From Blastocatellia bacterium (lineage in GTDB: Bacteria; Acidobacteriota; Blastocatellia; UBA7656): a stretch of 64,000 nucleotides of DNA. Of the stretch, positions 25,374 through 33,819 are shown in pieces (the first letter of the stretch is position 1; every line of letters begins with the position of its first letter). Under the pieces are notes generated by a model. The model was not told where the DNA came from. It was given only the letters and a program-made list of their open reading frames with translations, and made no database searches. The stretch covers positions 269,653 to 333,652 of the forward strand of contig CAVXWP010000009.1 in NCBI GenBank assembly GCA_963765495.1. Reading direction: 5' to 3'. The position numbers and the translations under genes are program-made.

Positions 25374-27494
25374 ATGGCCGTTCAACCACAGGCAGAAAAG
25401 TATCACGGGCTGGACCGCGAGACCATGTTGAAGATTTACCGTCTGATGTACACCTCTCGGCGGGTAGACGATAAAGAGATTCAACTGAAGCGGCAGAACA
25501 AGATCTACTTCCAGATCTCCGGCGCGGGCCACGAAGCCGTTCTGGTCGCCGCCGGACTCGCGCTCAGGCCCGGATATGACTGGTTCTATCCCTACTACCG
25601 CGACCGCGCATTGTGCCTTGCGGTGGGAGTGACGGCGACCGACATGCTCATGCAGGGAACGGGCGCGGCGGCCGATCCGAGTTCGGGTGGCCGCCAGATG
25701 CCGAGCCACTGGGGACATAAAGACCTGAATATCGTCACGCAATCATCGCCTACGGGGACGCAGTTCCTGCAAGCCGTGGGCTGCGCCGAGGCCAATTACC
25801 GGGCCGAATTGATTGGCAACCCCGAAAAACTTATTCGGGGCTATAAACCTGACTCTGTGGTTTACGTATCGGCGGGGGACGGCACGACGAGCGAAGGCGA
25901 ATTTTATGAATCTCTGAATACGTCCTGCAATCTGAAACTCCCTGTGCTCTATGTGATTGAAGACAACGGTTACGCGATTTCGGTCCCCGTTGAAGTTCAG
26001 ACCGCGGGCGGGAGCATATCGAAACTCGTGAGCGGGTTCCCGAATTTGATGGTCGAAGAGGTGGACGGCTGCGATCCCATAGCGAGTTACGAAGTCCTGA
26101 AGCGCGCTGTCTCGTACTGCCGCGAGCGACGCGGTCCGGCGCTTGTTCACGCGCATGTTATCCGGCCTTATTCTCACTCTCTTTCCGACGACGAAATGCT
26201 TTACCGGCCCGCAACCGAGCGTGAACGCGAAGCCGAACGCGATCCGACCCGCACTTTCGCAGCTTATCTGATCAATGAAGGGCTTGCGACTGAGGAAGAT
26301 CTCAAACGCCTGACCGAAGAGGTTGATGAGGAAGTCAACCGGGCGGCAGATGCGGCAGACGCCGCGCCAAAACCGGGCAAGGAAACCGTTACTTTGTACG
26401 TTTACTCGCCCGATGTTGACCCGACATCGAAGGAGTTCGACTCGGAAACATCTGAGCCTCCATCGGGCGATCAAAAGACGATGGTCGATCTTATCAACGC
26501 GTGTCTGACCGACGAGATGGCCAGAGACGAACGAATTGTCGTCTTTGGCGAAGACGTAGCAGATTGCAGCCGCGAAGAGAATATCGAAACCGTCAAAGGC
26601 AAAGGCGGGGTCTTCAAGGTCACGCACAACCTGCAACGCCGGTACGGAAGCGACCGGGTATTCAATTCGCCTCTGGCCGAGGCCAACATCATCGGGCGCG
26701 CAACGGGAATGGCTACGCGGGGGCTGAAGCCCGTGCCCGAAATTCAATTTTTCGATTACATCTGGCCCGCGATGCATCAGCTTCGCAACGAGATCCCGCT
26801 CATACGCTGGCGCTCAAACAACAACTTCAAATGCCCTATGGTGATTCGCGTGGCCACGGGCGGATACCTGACGGGAGGGGCGGTCTATCACAGCCAGTGC
26901 GGTGAGAGCATCTTTACACACACGCCGGGGATGCGAGTGGTGATGCCCTCGAACGCGCTCGATGCAAACGGACTCTTGCGCACCGCGATTCGCTCGGATG
27001 ATCCGGTGATGTTCCTCGAACACAAACACCTCTACCGCCAGACCCACAACAAGGGGGCATATCCAGGACCGGATTATATGATTCCCTTTGGCAAGGCAAA
27101 GGTAGTGCGGGCGGGCACCGACATTTCGATCATCACTTATGGGGCTACGGTCTATCGCTCAATCGTGGCGGCAAGAAAAGCAGAAGAAGAACACGGCCTG
27201 AGCGTGGAAGTCATAGACCTCCGATGTCTTAGTCCCTACGATTGGGAGACCATAAGCGAATCCATCGGCAAGACGAACAAGGCGCTGGTCGTTCACGAAG
27301 ACACCCGGAGCTGGGGCTACGGCGCTGAGATAGCCGCCCGAATCGCCGATGAGTTATTCGAATATCTCGACGGACCCGTTCGCCGCGTGGCCGCGCTCGA
27401 TACGTTTGTGGCCTACTATCCGGGGCTGGAAGACGCGATATTGCCTCAGGCGGATACAATCAAATCGGCCCTCCTCGACCTCGCGCGTTATTGA
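25374..27494 (+). CDS. Fused E1 alpha-beta component of a 2-oxoacid (branched-chain keto acid/pyruvate-type) dehydrogenase
   Basis: 706 aa; N-terminal TPP-binding E1-alpha region, C-terminal transketolase-like E1-beta region; SD GAGGAG. Confidence 0.8.
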   Translation: MAVQPQAEKYHGLDRETMLKIYRLMYTSRRVDDKEIQLKRQNKIYFQISGAGHEAVLVAAGLALRPGYDWFYPYYRDRALCLAVGVTATDMLMQGTGAAADPSSGGRQMPSHWGHKDLNIVTQSSPTGTQFLQAVGCAEANYRAELIGNPEKLIRGYKPDSVVYVSAGDGTTSEGEFYESLNTSCNLKLPVLYVIEDNGYAISVPVEVQTAGGSISKLVSGFPNLMVEEVDGCDPIASYEVLKRAVSYCRERRGPALVHAHVIRPYSHSLSDDEMLYRPATEREREAERDPTRTFAAYLINEGLATEEDLKRLTEEVDEEVNRAADAADAAPKPGKETVTLYVYSPDVDPTSKEFDSETSEPPSGDQKTMVDLINACLTDEMARDERIVVFGEDVADCSREENIETVKGKGGVFKVTHNLQRRYGSDRVFNSPLAEANIIGRATGMATRGLKPVPEIQFFDYIWPAMHQLRNEIPLIRWRSNNNFKCPMVIRVATGGYLTGGAVYHSQCGESIFTHTPGMRVVMPSNALDANGLLRTAIRSDDPVMFLEHKHLYRQTHNKGAYPGPDYMIPFGKAKVVRAGTDISIITYGATVYRSIVAARKAEEEHGLSVEVIDLRCLSPYDWETISESIGKTNKALVVHEDTRSWGYGAEIAARIADELFEYLDGPVRRVAALDTFVAYYPGLEDAILPQADTIKSALLDLARY

Positions 27495-27545
27495 TCGGAA
27501 AGCGCCCGGTCGATGCTTTAGCCGGGCGCAACTTTCAAGGTAAAG

Positions 27546-27957
27546 ATGAAGAATTGCTGGCTGCTCAAATCTGATCCTGACGATTATACCTTTGACGCTC
27601 TCGAACGTGAGGGCGAGACCGTCTGGGACGGTGTGAGCAACAACCTCGCCCTTCAAAATCTGAGAAAGATCAAAATGGGCGACGATCTGTTGATCTATCA
27701 TACCGGCAGCGAAAAGGCGCTCGTCGGACTTGCCCGCGCCGCAAGCGACCCTTACCCCGATCCGAACGGCGACAATCCAAAACTCGTCGTAATAGATGTA
27801 AAACTATCTTCGCCGCGCAAAGCGCGCAGTTACGCTCGCAGAGATCAAACAGATGCCCGAATTTTCATCCTTTCAGCTTGTCCGACTGCCGAGGCTTTCG
27901 GTGGTTCCCGTTGATGAACAGGAACGAAAAAGTCTCTTCAAGATGGCCGGACTTTAA
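27546..27957 (+). pseudogene. EVE (PUA-like) domain protein gene with an apparent +1 frameshift near 27828
   Basis: Frame A (27546..27914) gives a typical EVE N-terminus and core but ends in non-EVE sequence. The +1 frame from about 27829 to the TAA at 27955-27957 gives a canonical EVE C-terminus VTLAEIKQMPEFSSFQLVRLPRLSVVPVDEQERK. Joining after codon AGT(27825-27827, Arg) by skipping A27828 restores a full EVE protein. Confidence 0.6.
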
Positions 27958-28067
27958 ACACTCCCCTAATTTTCACAGGCGCGAACCGCTTTGATCCGAA
28001 ACAGACATTTGGCGACTGCCTGCCGGTCTATGTTAGACTAACCGTCTTGATAGCGCGGGGCGAATCT

Positions 28068-28250
28068 ATGAAGATCAGTTTTATTCTCGCGGTGCTCGGA
28101 ATTGTGGCTTTGTTAATTGGCTATGTGCGAGTAGAAAAGCGAATAAATCAGAGGGCCTGTCCCAGTTGCAAATACGGTATTTCCGTAGATTCCGCCGACC
28201 GGCAATGCCCTCGCTGCGGCGCGATACTTGAAGAAGAAAACAACCTGTGA
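28068..28250 (+). CDS. Small membrane protein with C-terminal zinc-ribbon (CPSC...CPRC)
   Basis: One TM helix then CxxC-x15-CxxC. The start is uncertain (28047 or 28068) and the SD is weak. Confidence 0.4.
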   Translation: MKISFILAVLGIVALLIGYVRVEKRINQRACPSCKYGISVDSADRQCPRCGAILEEENNL

Positions 28251-28276
28251 GAGGAAAGCTCTCCAGCCTGGCGCAT

Positions 28277-28675
28277 ATGACTATGAAACGATTCATAAAT
28301 GCCATCCCGAAGCTTGCGTTCATTTATCTGCCGCTATGCATTATCGCAGTAGACGCGGCGGTGCTCGTTTCAGAGCGGCTGCAACCCGAAACGGAAAAGG
28401 CCATCAGAATGGTTCAGGAAAGCCCCTCGCGCAAAGAGGAATTCACCATTCAACAACATTTCTACACCACCGTCTATTATCAAAAATCGAAGGGAGAAGA
28501 CGTAACCATAGAAGGATGGGACGCCGATCAACCTGCGGGTCCGAACACTCCGGTGATGGTGGTATTCGGCTATGAAGACAGTCAGGGCGACCACACGGCC
28601 CTTTGGGAAGTAGACGTAAAAAAGAAAAAGATCACTCCGCGAAATGAAATGGCCGTCAACATATCTCGCCAATGA
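28277..28675 (+). CDS. Hypothetical secreted protein (~130 aa)
   Basis: Signal-peptide-like N-terminus (MTMKRFINAIPKLAFIYLPLCIIA). No recognisable domain. Start ambiguous among 28247, 28277 and 28283. Confidence 0.4.
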   Translation: MTMKRFINAIPKLAFIYLPLCIIAVDAAVLVSERLQPETEKAIRMVQESPSRKEEFTIQQHFYTTVYYQKSKGEDVTIEGWDADQPAGPNTPVMVVFGYEDSQGDHTALWEVDVKKKKITPRNEMAVNISRQ

Positions 28676-28931
28676 CAGCCGAGGCCATGCAGTTCTCAAA
28701 TTTCCCAGCCTGAATCGCAGAAAACTGCCGACAGCTTTAATTAAAAGCTTTGTGTTTCCCTGTTCACTTCACGTATTGGCGAGCTACAGGTTTTCAATCG
28801 AAATGCCCAAGCCCGGTCATGCCCGGGCTGTGCGCGCCGTCCCACTGGCCCGTGATCGCTCGGGGGCTGGAATTCGGCTGCGCGATGTGCAAGCATCCAC
28901 AGACAGCGCTCGACCTTCGAAGGGGACGCAG

Positions 28932-29786
28932 ATGATCGAAGTCGCAAATCTTCAGTTCACATACAGCAAGACCGATAAGCCCGCCGTCAGGGGCTTGACC
29001 TTTGATGTCAAGCAAGGCGAAGTATTCGGGTTCCTCGGCCCAAGCGGCGCGGGCAAATCGACTACGCAAAACATACTCATACGTCTGTTGAAAGATTATC
29101 AGGGCAACGTTTCGGTCTTCGGAAGAGACCTGACCTTGTGGAAATCCGATTATTATGAACGGGTGGGAATATCCTTCGAATTTCCCAATCACTATCAGAA
29201 GCTCACGGCCCTTGAAAACCTGACCTACTTCGGTTCGCTCTATAGCGGCAAGGTTGCCGCCCCGCAAACATTACTCGAACGGGTCGGTCTCGGCGCGGAT
29301 GCAAACCTTCCGGTGTCGCAGTTTTCAAAGGGCATGAAAGTGCGTTTGAGCGTCGCCCGCTCGCTCCTTCACGACCCGGAATTGATCTTTATGGATGAAC
29401 CGACATCGGGGCTCGATCCCCTGAATCAGCGGCTAATCAAAGAGTTGATCGGGGAACGGCAGCAGGCAGGCAAGACCATCTTTCTTACAACGCACAACAT
29501 GACGGTGGCCGATGAATTATGCGACCGCGTAGCCTTTATCGTGGACGGAGAGATACGACTCATAGACTCGCCTCGCCAGTTGAAGCTCCGCTATGGAGAG
29601 CGCAAAGTGCGAGTCGAGTATCAGCAAAACGGGCATACCAGGAACAAGGATTTCGCGCTCGAATCTCTCGGCGCGAACGCGGATTTCCTCTCCCTGCTTC
29701 GCGGCGGAAATATCCAGACCATACACACGCAGGAAGCTACGCTTGAAGACATTTTCATTCGCGTAACGGGCCGGAGGCTCCTATGA
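28932..29786 (+). CDS. ABC transporter ATP-binding protein (ABC-2 exporter type)
   Basis: Walker A GPSGAGKST, signature FSKGMKVRLSVA, Walker B IFMDEPTSGLD. The ATG at 28932 has a GAAGGGGA SD, so the listed ORF start at 28644 is over-extended. Confidence 0.85.
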   Translation: MIEVANLQFTYSKTDKPAVRGLTFDVKQGEVFGFLGPSGAGKSTTQNILIRLLKDYQGNVSVFGRDLTLWKSDYYERVGISFEFPNHYQKLTALENLTYFGSLYSGKVAAPQTLLERVGLGADANLPVSQFSKGMKVRLSVARSLLHDPELIFMDEPTSGLDPLNQRLIKELIGERQQAGKTIFLTTHNMTVADELCDRVAFIVDGEIRLIDSPRQLKLRYGERKVRVEYQQNGHTRNKDFALESLGANADFLSLLRGGNIQTIHTQEATLEDIFIRVTGRRLL

Positions 29787-30487
29787 AACGACTGGCGGCA
29801 ACCTTGCGCTGGGATGTTCAGCTACAGATACGAAACGGCTTTTACCACGCTACGGCCTTCGTGCTGATAGTCTGGGCAGCGATCATCTGGCGGCTTCCGG
29901 CTATAGACCTGGGATGGTTGCTTCCGGCGCTCGTGCTCGGCAACCTGATGATAAACACCTTCTATTTTATGAGCGGGCTTGTGCTGCTTGAAAAAGGCGA
30001 AGGGACGCTTGCGGCTCAGGTGGTCACTCCGTTAAGAACCTGGGAGTATCTTGCGGCCAAATTGATAACGCTCGGGGGGCTCGCGCTCGCGGAGAACATA
30101 TTGATTGTCTGTCTGTTTTACGGGTTTGGATTTAATCTACTGCCTATGATCGCGGCGATTATTCTGGCTTCGGTGATCTACACGCTAGCGGGGTTCATAG
30201 CCGTTGCCAGATTTGATTCAATCAACGAATTTCTGATGCCGTCGATTTTATACACCTCCCTGCTTACCGTGCCGCTTATGCCTTACCTTGCGCGGTGGGA
30301 AAGCCCGCTGATTTACCTCCACCCGGTCCAAGCGCCGCTCGTGCTCGCCGAGGCGGCCTTTCAAAGTGTTCCAATGTGGCAGATCGCCTACGGCGTATTC
30401 TATTCCGCGCTCTGGGGATTTCTGCTTTATCGCGCGAGCCTGCGGACATTTCACAGATTCATCATCGCGCGGGCAGGAGCGAATTAG
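29783..30487 (+). CDS. ABC-2 type transporter permease
   Basis: 6 TM helices; overlaps the ATPase stop (ATGA). Confidence 0.7.
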   Translation: MKRLAATLRWDVQLQIRNGFYHATAFVLIVWAAIIWRLPAIDLGWLLPALVLGNLMINTFYFMSGLVLLEKGEGTLAAQVVTPLRTWEYLAAKLITLGGLALAENILIVCLFYGFGFNLLPMIAAIILASVIYTLAGFIAVARFDSINEFLMPSILYTSLLTVPLMPYLARWESPLIYLHPVQAPLVLAEAAFQSVPMWQIAYGVFYSALWGFLLYRASLRTFHRFIIARAGAN

Positions 30488-30488
30488 G

Positions 30489-31229
30489 ATGTACGCGCTG
30501 AAGATCATCAAGGCGCTTGGGCCGATAGACGCCAAGAGCGTGAGCCGCGATTCGCTGCTTCGCTGGATGGCGATTGTGCCTCTGGGGCTGGCGCTTGCGG
30601 CCAGGTGGCTTTTGCCCACGCTCATCAGCCGGGTAGGTGAAAAGGCGGGGTTCGACCTTTTGCCTTACTATCCTTCCTTCATGAGCTATGCGCTCCTGCT
30701 TTTAGCGCCTTCCCTGTGCGGAATGGTCATCGGCTTTATTCTGCTCGACCAGCGCGACGACCGAACCCTGACCGCGTTGCAGGTCACGCCGATGTCGCTG
30801 AACAGTTATCTGGTTTACAGACTGGCTGCGCCGATGGTGTTGAGCGTGGCAATGACGCTCGTGGTTTTTCCTGTGGCCGGGTTAATGCTAATCAGTTTTC
30901 CCGCGCTCATAATCGCGGCTGTGGCGGCGGCTCCGACGGCTCCGATAATTGCGCTAGCGCTCGGGTCGTTTGCGTCAAACAAGGTACAGGGCTTTGCCTT
31001 GACCAAGGTGTCGGGCATTCTGATGATCGCGCCGATGATCGCCTATTTCGTCCATTCCGGCTGGCAATTGATGTTTGGGCTGGTTCCCACCTACTGGCCC
31101 GTGAAATTGTTCTGGACGCTCGAAGCAGGTCGGTCAAACGGGTGGATATACCTTGTGGCCGGTCTCGCATATCAGGGGGCACTGACGGGGCTGCTTGTGC
31201 GCCGATTCAACAGAGTGATGACACGGTGA
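30489..31229 (+). CDS. Second ABC-2 type transporter permease
   Basis: 6 TM helices; its ATG lies immediately after the TAG of the preceding permease gene. Confidence 0.65.
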   Translation: MYALKIIKALGPIDAKSVSRDSLLRWMAIVPLGLALAARWLLPTLISRVGEKAGFDLLPYYPSFMSYALLLLAPSLCGMVIGFILLDQRDDRTLTALQVTPMSLNSYLVYRLAAPMVLSVAMTLVVFPVAGLMLISFPALIIAAVAAAPTAPIIALALGSFASNKVQGFALTKVSGILMIAPMIAYFVHSGWQLMFGLVPTYWPVKLFWTLEAGRSNGWIYLVAGLAYQGALTGLLVRRFNRVMTR

Positions 31230-31288
31230 TTTGCCCGCAGGTTGGCGGATAAGGCGGGGTTTCAGGATAATACGAGCAGAGGGAAATA

Positions 31289-31990
31289 ATGAGCGAAACA
31301 CCTGTTATTGGAATAAGCGTCAGTCTTGATCACGGCAGGATCATAAAGAGAGATCACGATTATCTCTACATCAAGAGGGCCTATTCAAAAGCGGTCAGTA
31401 AGGCGGGCGGGCATCCCGTCCTGCTCACGCCTGATCTGGCGGTCGAGGCGGTTTCAAGGATCTGCAATGCGGTGATCATATCGGGCGGTGACGACATTGC
31501 GCCCGAGCTTTACGGCGAGCAGGCAAGTTCTCAGATAAATCCCGAATCGGCGGAAAGGATCGAGTGGGAGCGCCGCCTGCTTGATCTTTTTTCGGGGCGC
31601 GAGAAGCCTGTACTTGGAGTCTGTTACGGGATGCAGCTTATCAACGTACATTTCGGCGGCAGTCTTTATCAGGATATTTCCGATGCCTTCGACAATCCTC
31701 TCGATCACGGAGGAATGGGTAAGGCCACAACCCACGCTTTGAGGATCAATCAGGGATCGTCTCTCTTCCCCGTGCTGGGCTCCGAGGCTACGGTTTGCTC
31801 GACACACCATCAGGCGATAAAGCGGGTAGCGCCGGGGTTCAGCGTGGCCGCGACATCCGAGGATGAGATTATAGAAGCCATCGAGAGGGAAAACATTCTC
31901 GCCGTCGAGTGGCACCCGGAGGCCGACGCTACGGGAGAGCAGATTTATTCACTGCTCGTAGAGAGGGCGAAAAGATTCAGGCAGGCTTGA
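31289..31990 (+). CDS. Class I glutamine amidotransferase-like peptidase C26 (gamma-glutamyl hydrolase family)
   Basis: Catalytic Cys in VCYGMQL and the His/Glu region (HHQ) are present; 233 aa. Confidence 0.75.
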   Translation: MSETPVIGISVSLDHGRIIKRDHDYLYIKRAYSKAVSKAGGHPVLLTPDLAVEAVSRICNAVIISGGDDIAPELYGEQASSQINPESAERIEWERRLLDLFSGREKPVLGVCYGMQLINVHFGGSLYQDISDAFDNPLDHGGMGKATTHALRINQGSSLFPVLGSEATVCSTHHQAIKRVAPGFSVAATSEDEIIEAIERENILAVEWHPEADATGEQIYSLLVERAKRFRQA

Positions 31991-31993
31991 GTT

Positions 31994-32506
31994 TTAGTAT
32001 TTTATCTCCAGCCGCATGACGAAAGCGTCTTCGGTCGGCAGGCGATAATAGTCGCGGCGGCGGCCTACGTAGTTGAAACCCATCTTTTTATAGAGCAGTT
32101 GCGCCGCCTCATTCGAGGCCCGGACTTCGAGCAGTATAAAAGTGATGCCCCGGCGCTTCCCTTCTTCGACGCCCTCTTCCATCAGTGACTGGCCTATGCC
32201 GATTCTACGATAATCGGGATGCGCCGCGATGTTATTGATGTGCATTTCGTCTTCAACGGTCCAGCCCGCCAGAAAACCTACCACGCCGGGGCTGTAAGGG
32301 TCTCTGGCAAGGTTTCGCGCCACAAGCATCACCGACCCGGCATTCTTCAGCAGTTCGCGTCTGTAGGCGTCATAGCCCCATTTGTTCAACCCGCTCGCCT
32401 CTTCGATGTTCACTACTTCGAGGAGGTCCATCTCTCCCATCGGCTCTACACGGTAGGGCCGGATCATCGGCCACGGGTTCTGGTATACGGAATCACTTAA
32501 TGACAA
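31994..32506 (-). CDS. rimI: GNAT N-acetyltransferase, ribosomal-protein-alanine acetyltransferase RimI-like
   Basis: GNAT motif A region (RRIGIGQSLM). Lies downstream of tsaB, as is typical. TTG start with a GAGGAG SD. Confidence 0.65.
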   Translation of the reverse strand: MSLSDSVYQNPWPMIRPYRVEPMGEMDLLEVVNIEEASGLNKWGYDAYRRELLKNAGSVMLVARNLARDPYSPGVVGFLAGWTVEDEMHINNIAAHPDYRRIGIGQSLMEEGVEEGKRRGITFILLEVRASNEAAQLLYKKMGFNYVGRRRDYYRLPTEDAFVMRLEIKY

Positions 32507-32569
32507 GGCATCACTCCTCAGATTTTGTAACAGCTTTTGAGTGTAACTTGCAGACCGCGCTGATGCAAT

Positions 32570-33394
32570 CTATTCCCTGCCGGCCTCTCGTTTGACTTTG
32601 GACCCCAACAGCCCGAGCGACAGCTTAACCTCGGCTTCGGACGGGCGCACATAACAGGCGCGCAGGGTTTCAGCCGTTTCGGTATCGCCCTGCGAGAATT
32701 TCAAGAAAGCGAGCTGCGCGATGTGATCGGCGAGAAATTTCGGAGACGGCCTCAAGTCGGGTCTGAAGGATATTTGCGAAGAATCAGCCCGCCGGTGAAT
32801 CTCTTCCATAGAGGCGTTGACCGCGTCTCCGGCAAAGACGAGATCATCGAAGTGAGCCAGTCGCTCTACGGCCTCGGGCGCTCGCGTCACAGCAGGCTCA
32901 TCTTCGGCTACGGGAATGCCCGCCTCATCGAATGTGAATAGTTGGGAATAAACTTCGCCTTTGTACGCGCCCACGAGCGCGCAGACCCGTCTTGCAGGTC
33001 GGGCGGCAAAGGCCGCAGTTTCAAGCGAGGTCACACCGACGACGGGGCGAGCGGTTGCGGCGGCAAATCCCTTGATCGCGGCTATTCCAACTCTCAAGCC
33101 GGTGAAGCCCCCCGGCCCCACGCAAACGGAAAACAGCGATACATCTTTTATCGAGAATCCCGCTTCGCCAAACAGAAAATCAATCTCAGCCCATAGCCTT
33201 TCAGAACGCTTCTCTTCGGTCTCTACGCCGAAACTTGCGACAATCCGCTCGCCTCTCGCCAGAGCCATGCTTGTCACTTTGGTAGAGGTGTCGAGCGCAA
33301 GGATAAGCGGGTCGGTCTGTGTGATTGTGTTGCCGTTTGATTTATCAGCCATCGCTACAGGCAGATTATATATGCTGATGATTTGCGGGGCCAT
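32570..33394 (-). CDS. tsaB: tRNA threonylcarbamoyladenosine biosynthesis protein TsaB (YeaZ)
   Basis: ASKHA-fold N-terminus LILALDTST...VCVGPGGFTGLRVG. Start uncertain (33394 or about 33352). Confidence 0.8.
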   Translation of the reverse strand: MAPQIISIYNLPVAMADKSNGNTITQTDPLILALDTSTKVTSMALARGERIVASFGVETEEKRSERLWAEIDFLFGEAGFSIKDVSLFSVCVGPGGFTGLRVGIAAIKGFAAATARPVVGVTSLETAAFAARPARRVCALVGAYKGEVYSQLFTFDEAGIPVAEDEPAVTRAPEAVERLAHFDDLVFAGDAVNASMEEIHRRADSSQISFRPDLRPSPKFLADHIAQLAFLKFSQGDTETAETLRACYVRPSEAEVKLSLGLLGSKVKREAGRE

Positions 33395-33486
33395 TATGAT
33401 GCGTGATTATCAGGAAGGCTGTTTGTAAAGACCAACTCCCAAGCCTGCTTGCGTCACGCTTCACGCATCACGAATCACGAGTCACG

Positions 33487-33707
33487 CAGGGCCATTCAGT
33501 TCTTGAGTTGAGGGCAATAGGCGGAAAAAATATTAAAGGTTGAATTGACGCAAAGGCGAGTTGAAATAGGCCGCGGATGACGCGGATGCGGCGGATTTTC
33601 GCGGATCTGACCCAATTAGGTTTAATCCGCGTAGATCCGCTCGATCCGCGTTATCCGCCGCCTATTCCCCTTATCCTTTTCTACATATTGGAAAACTGAA
33701 TGACTCT
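33487..33707. mobile_element. MITE-like element copy 4 (TIR GGGCCATTCAGTTCTTG ... AAAACTGAATGACTC; inner hairpin ~33570-33662 nearly identical to copy 1)
   Basis: The inner-hairpin loop GCGGATCTGACCCAATTAGGTTTAATCCGCG is shared with copy 1. Like copy 1 it is inserted in a CACGNATCACG unit (between tsaB and mutS). Confidence 0.7.
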
Positions 33708-33819
33708 GCGAATCACGAATCACGCTCCGCGAATCACGCCAATGGCGCTGGCCATTCTTTCCTTCGCGGTTTAATATAAATTTCCTAAGCCGAAATACTC
33801 AGGACCTGTTCCGAATCTT

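Noticed and set aside
28644-29786. Long N-terminal extensions of listed ORFs. Examples: 28644 for the ABC ATPase, 4769 for HxlR, 15899 for the kinase, 18206 and 19059 for the DUF4384 genes, 45699..47504, 43961 for GT-C, 57295 for cysC.
   Set aside because: In each case an internal start with a good SD coincides with the beginning of domain homology or a signal peptide. The extension would overlap an upstream gene or a repeat element.
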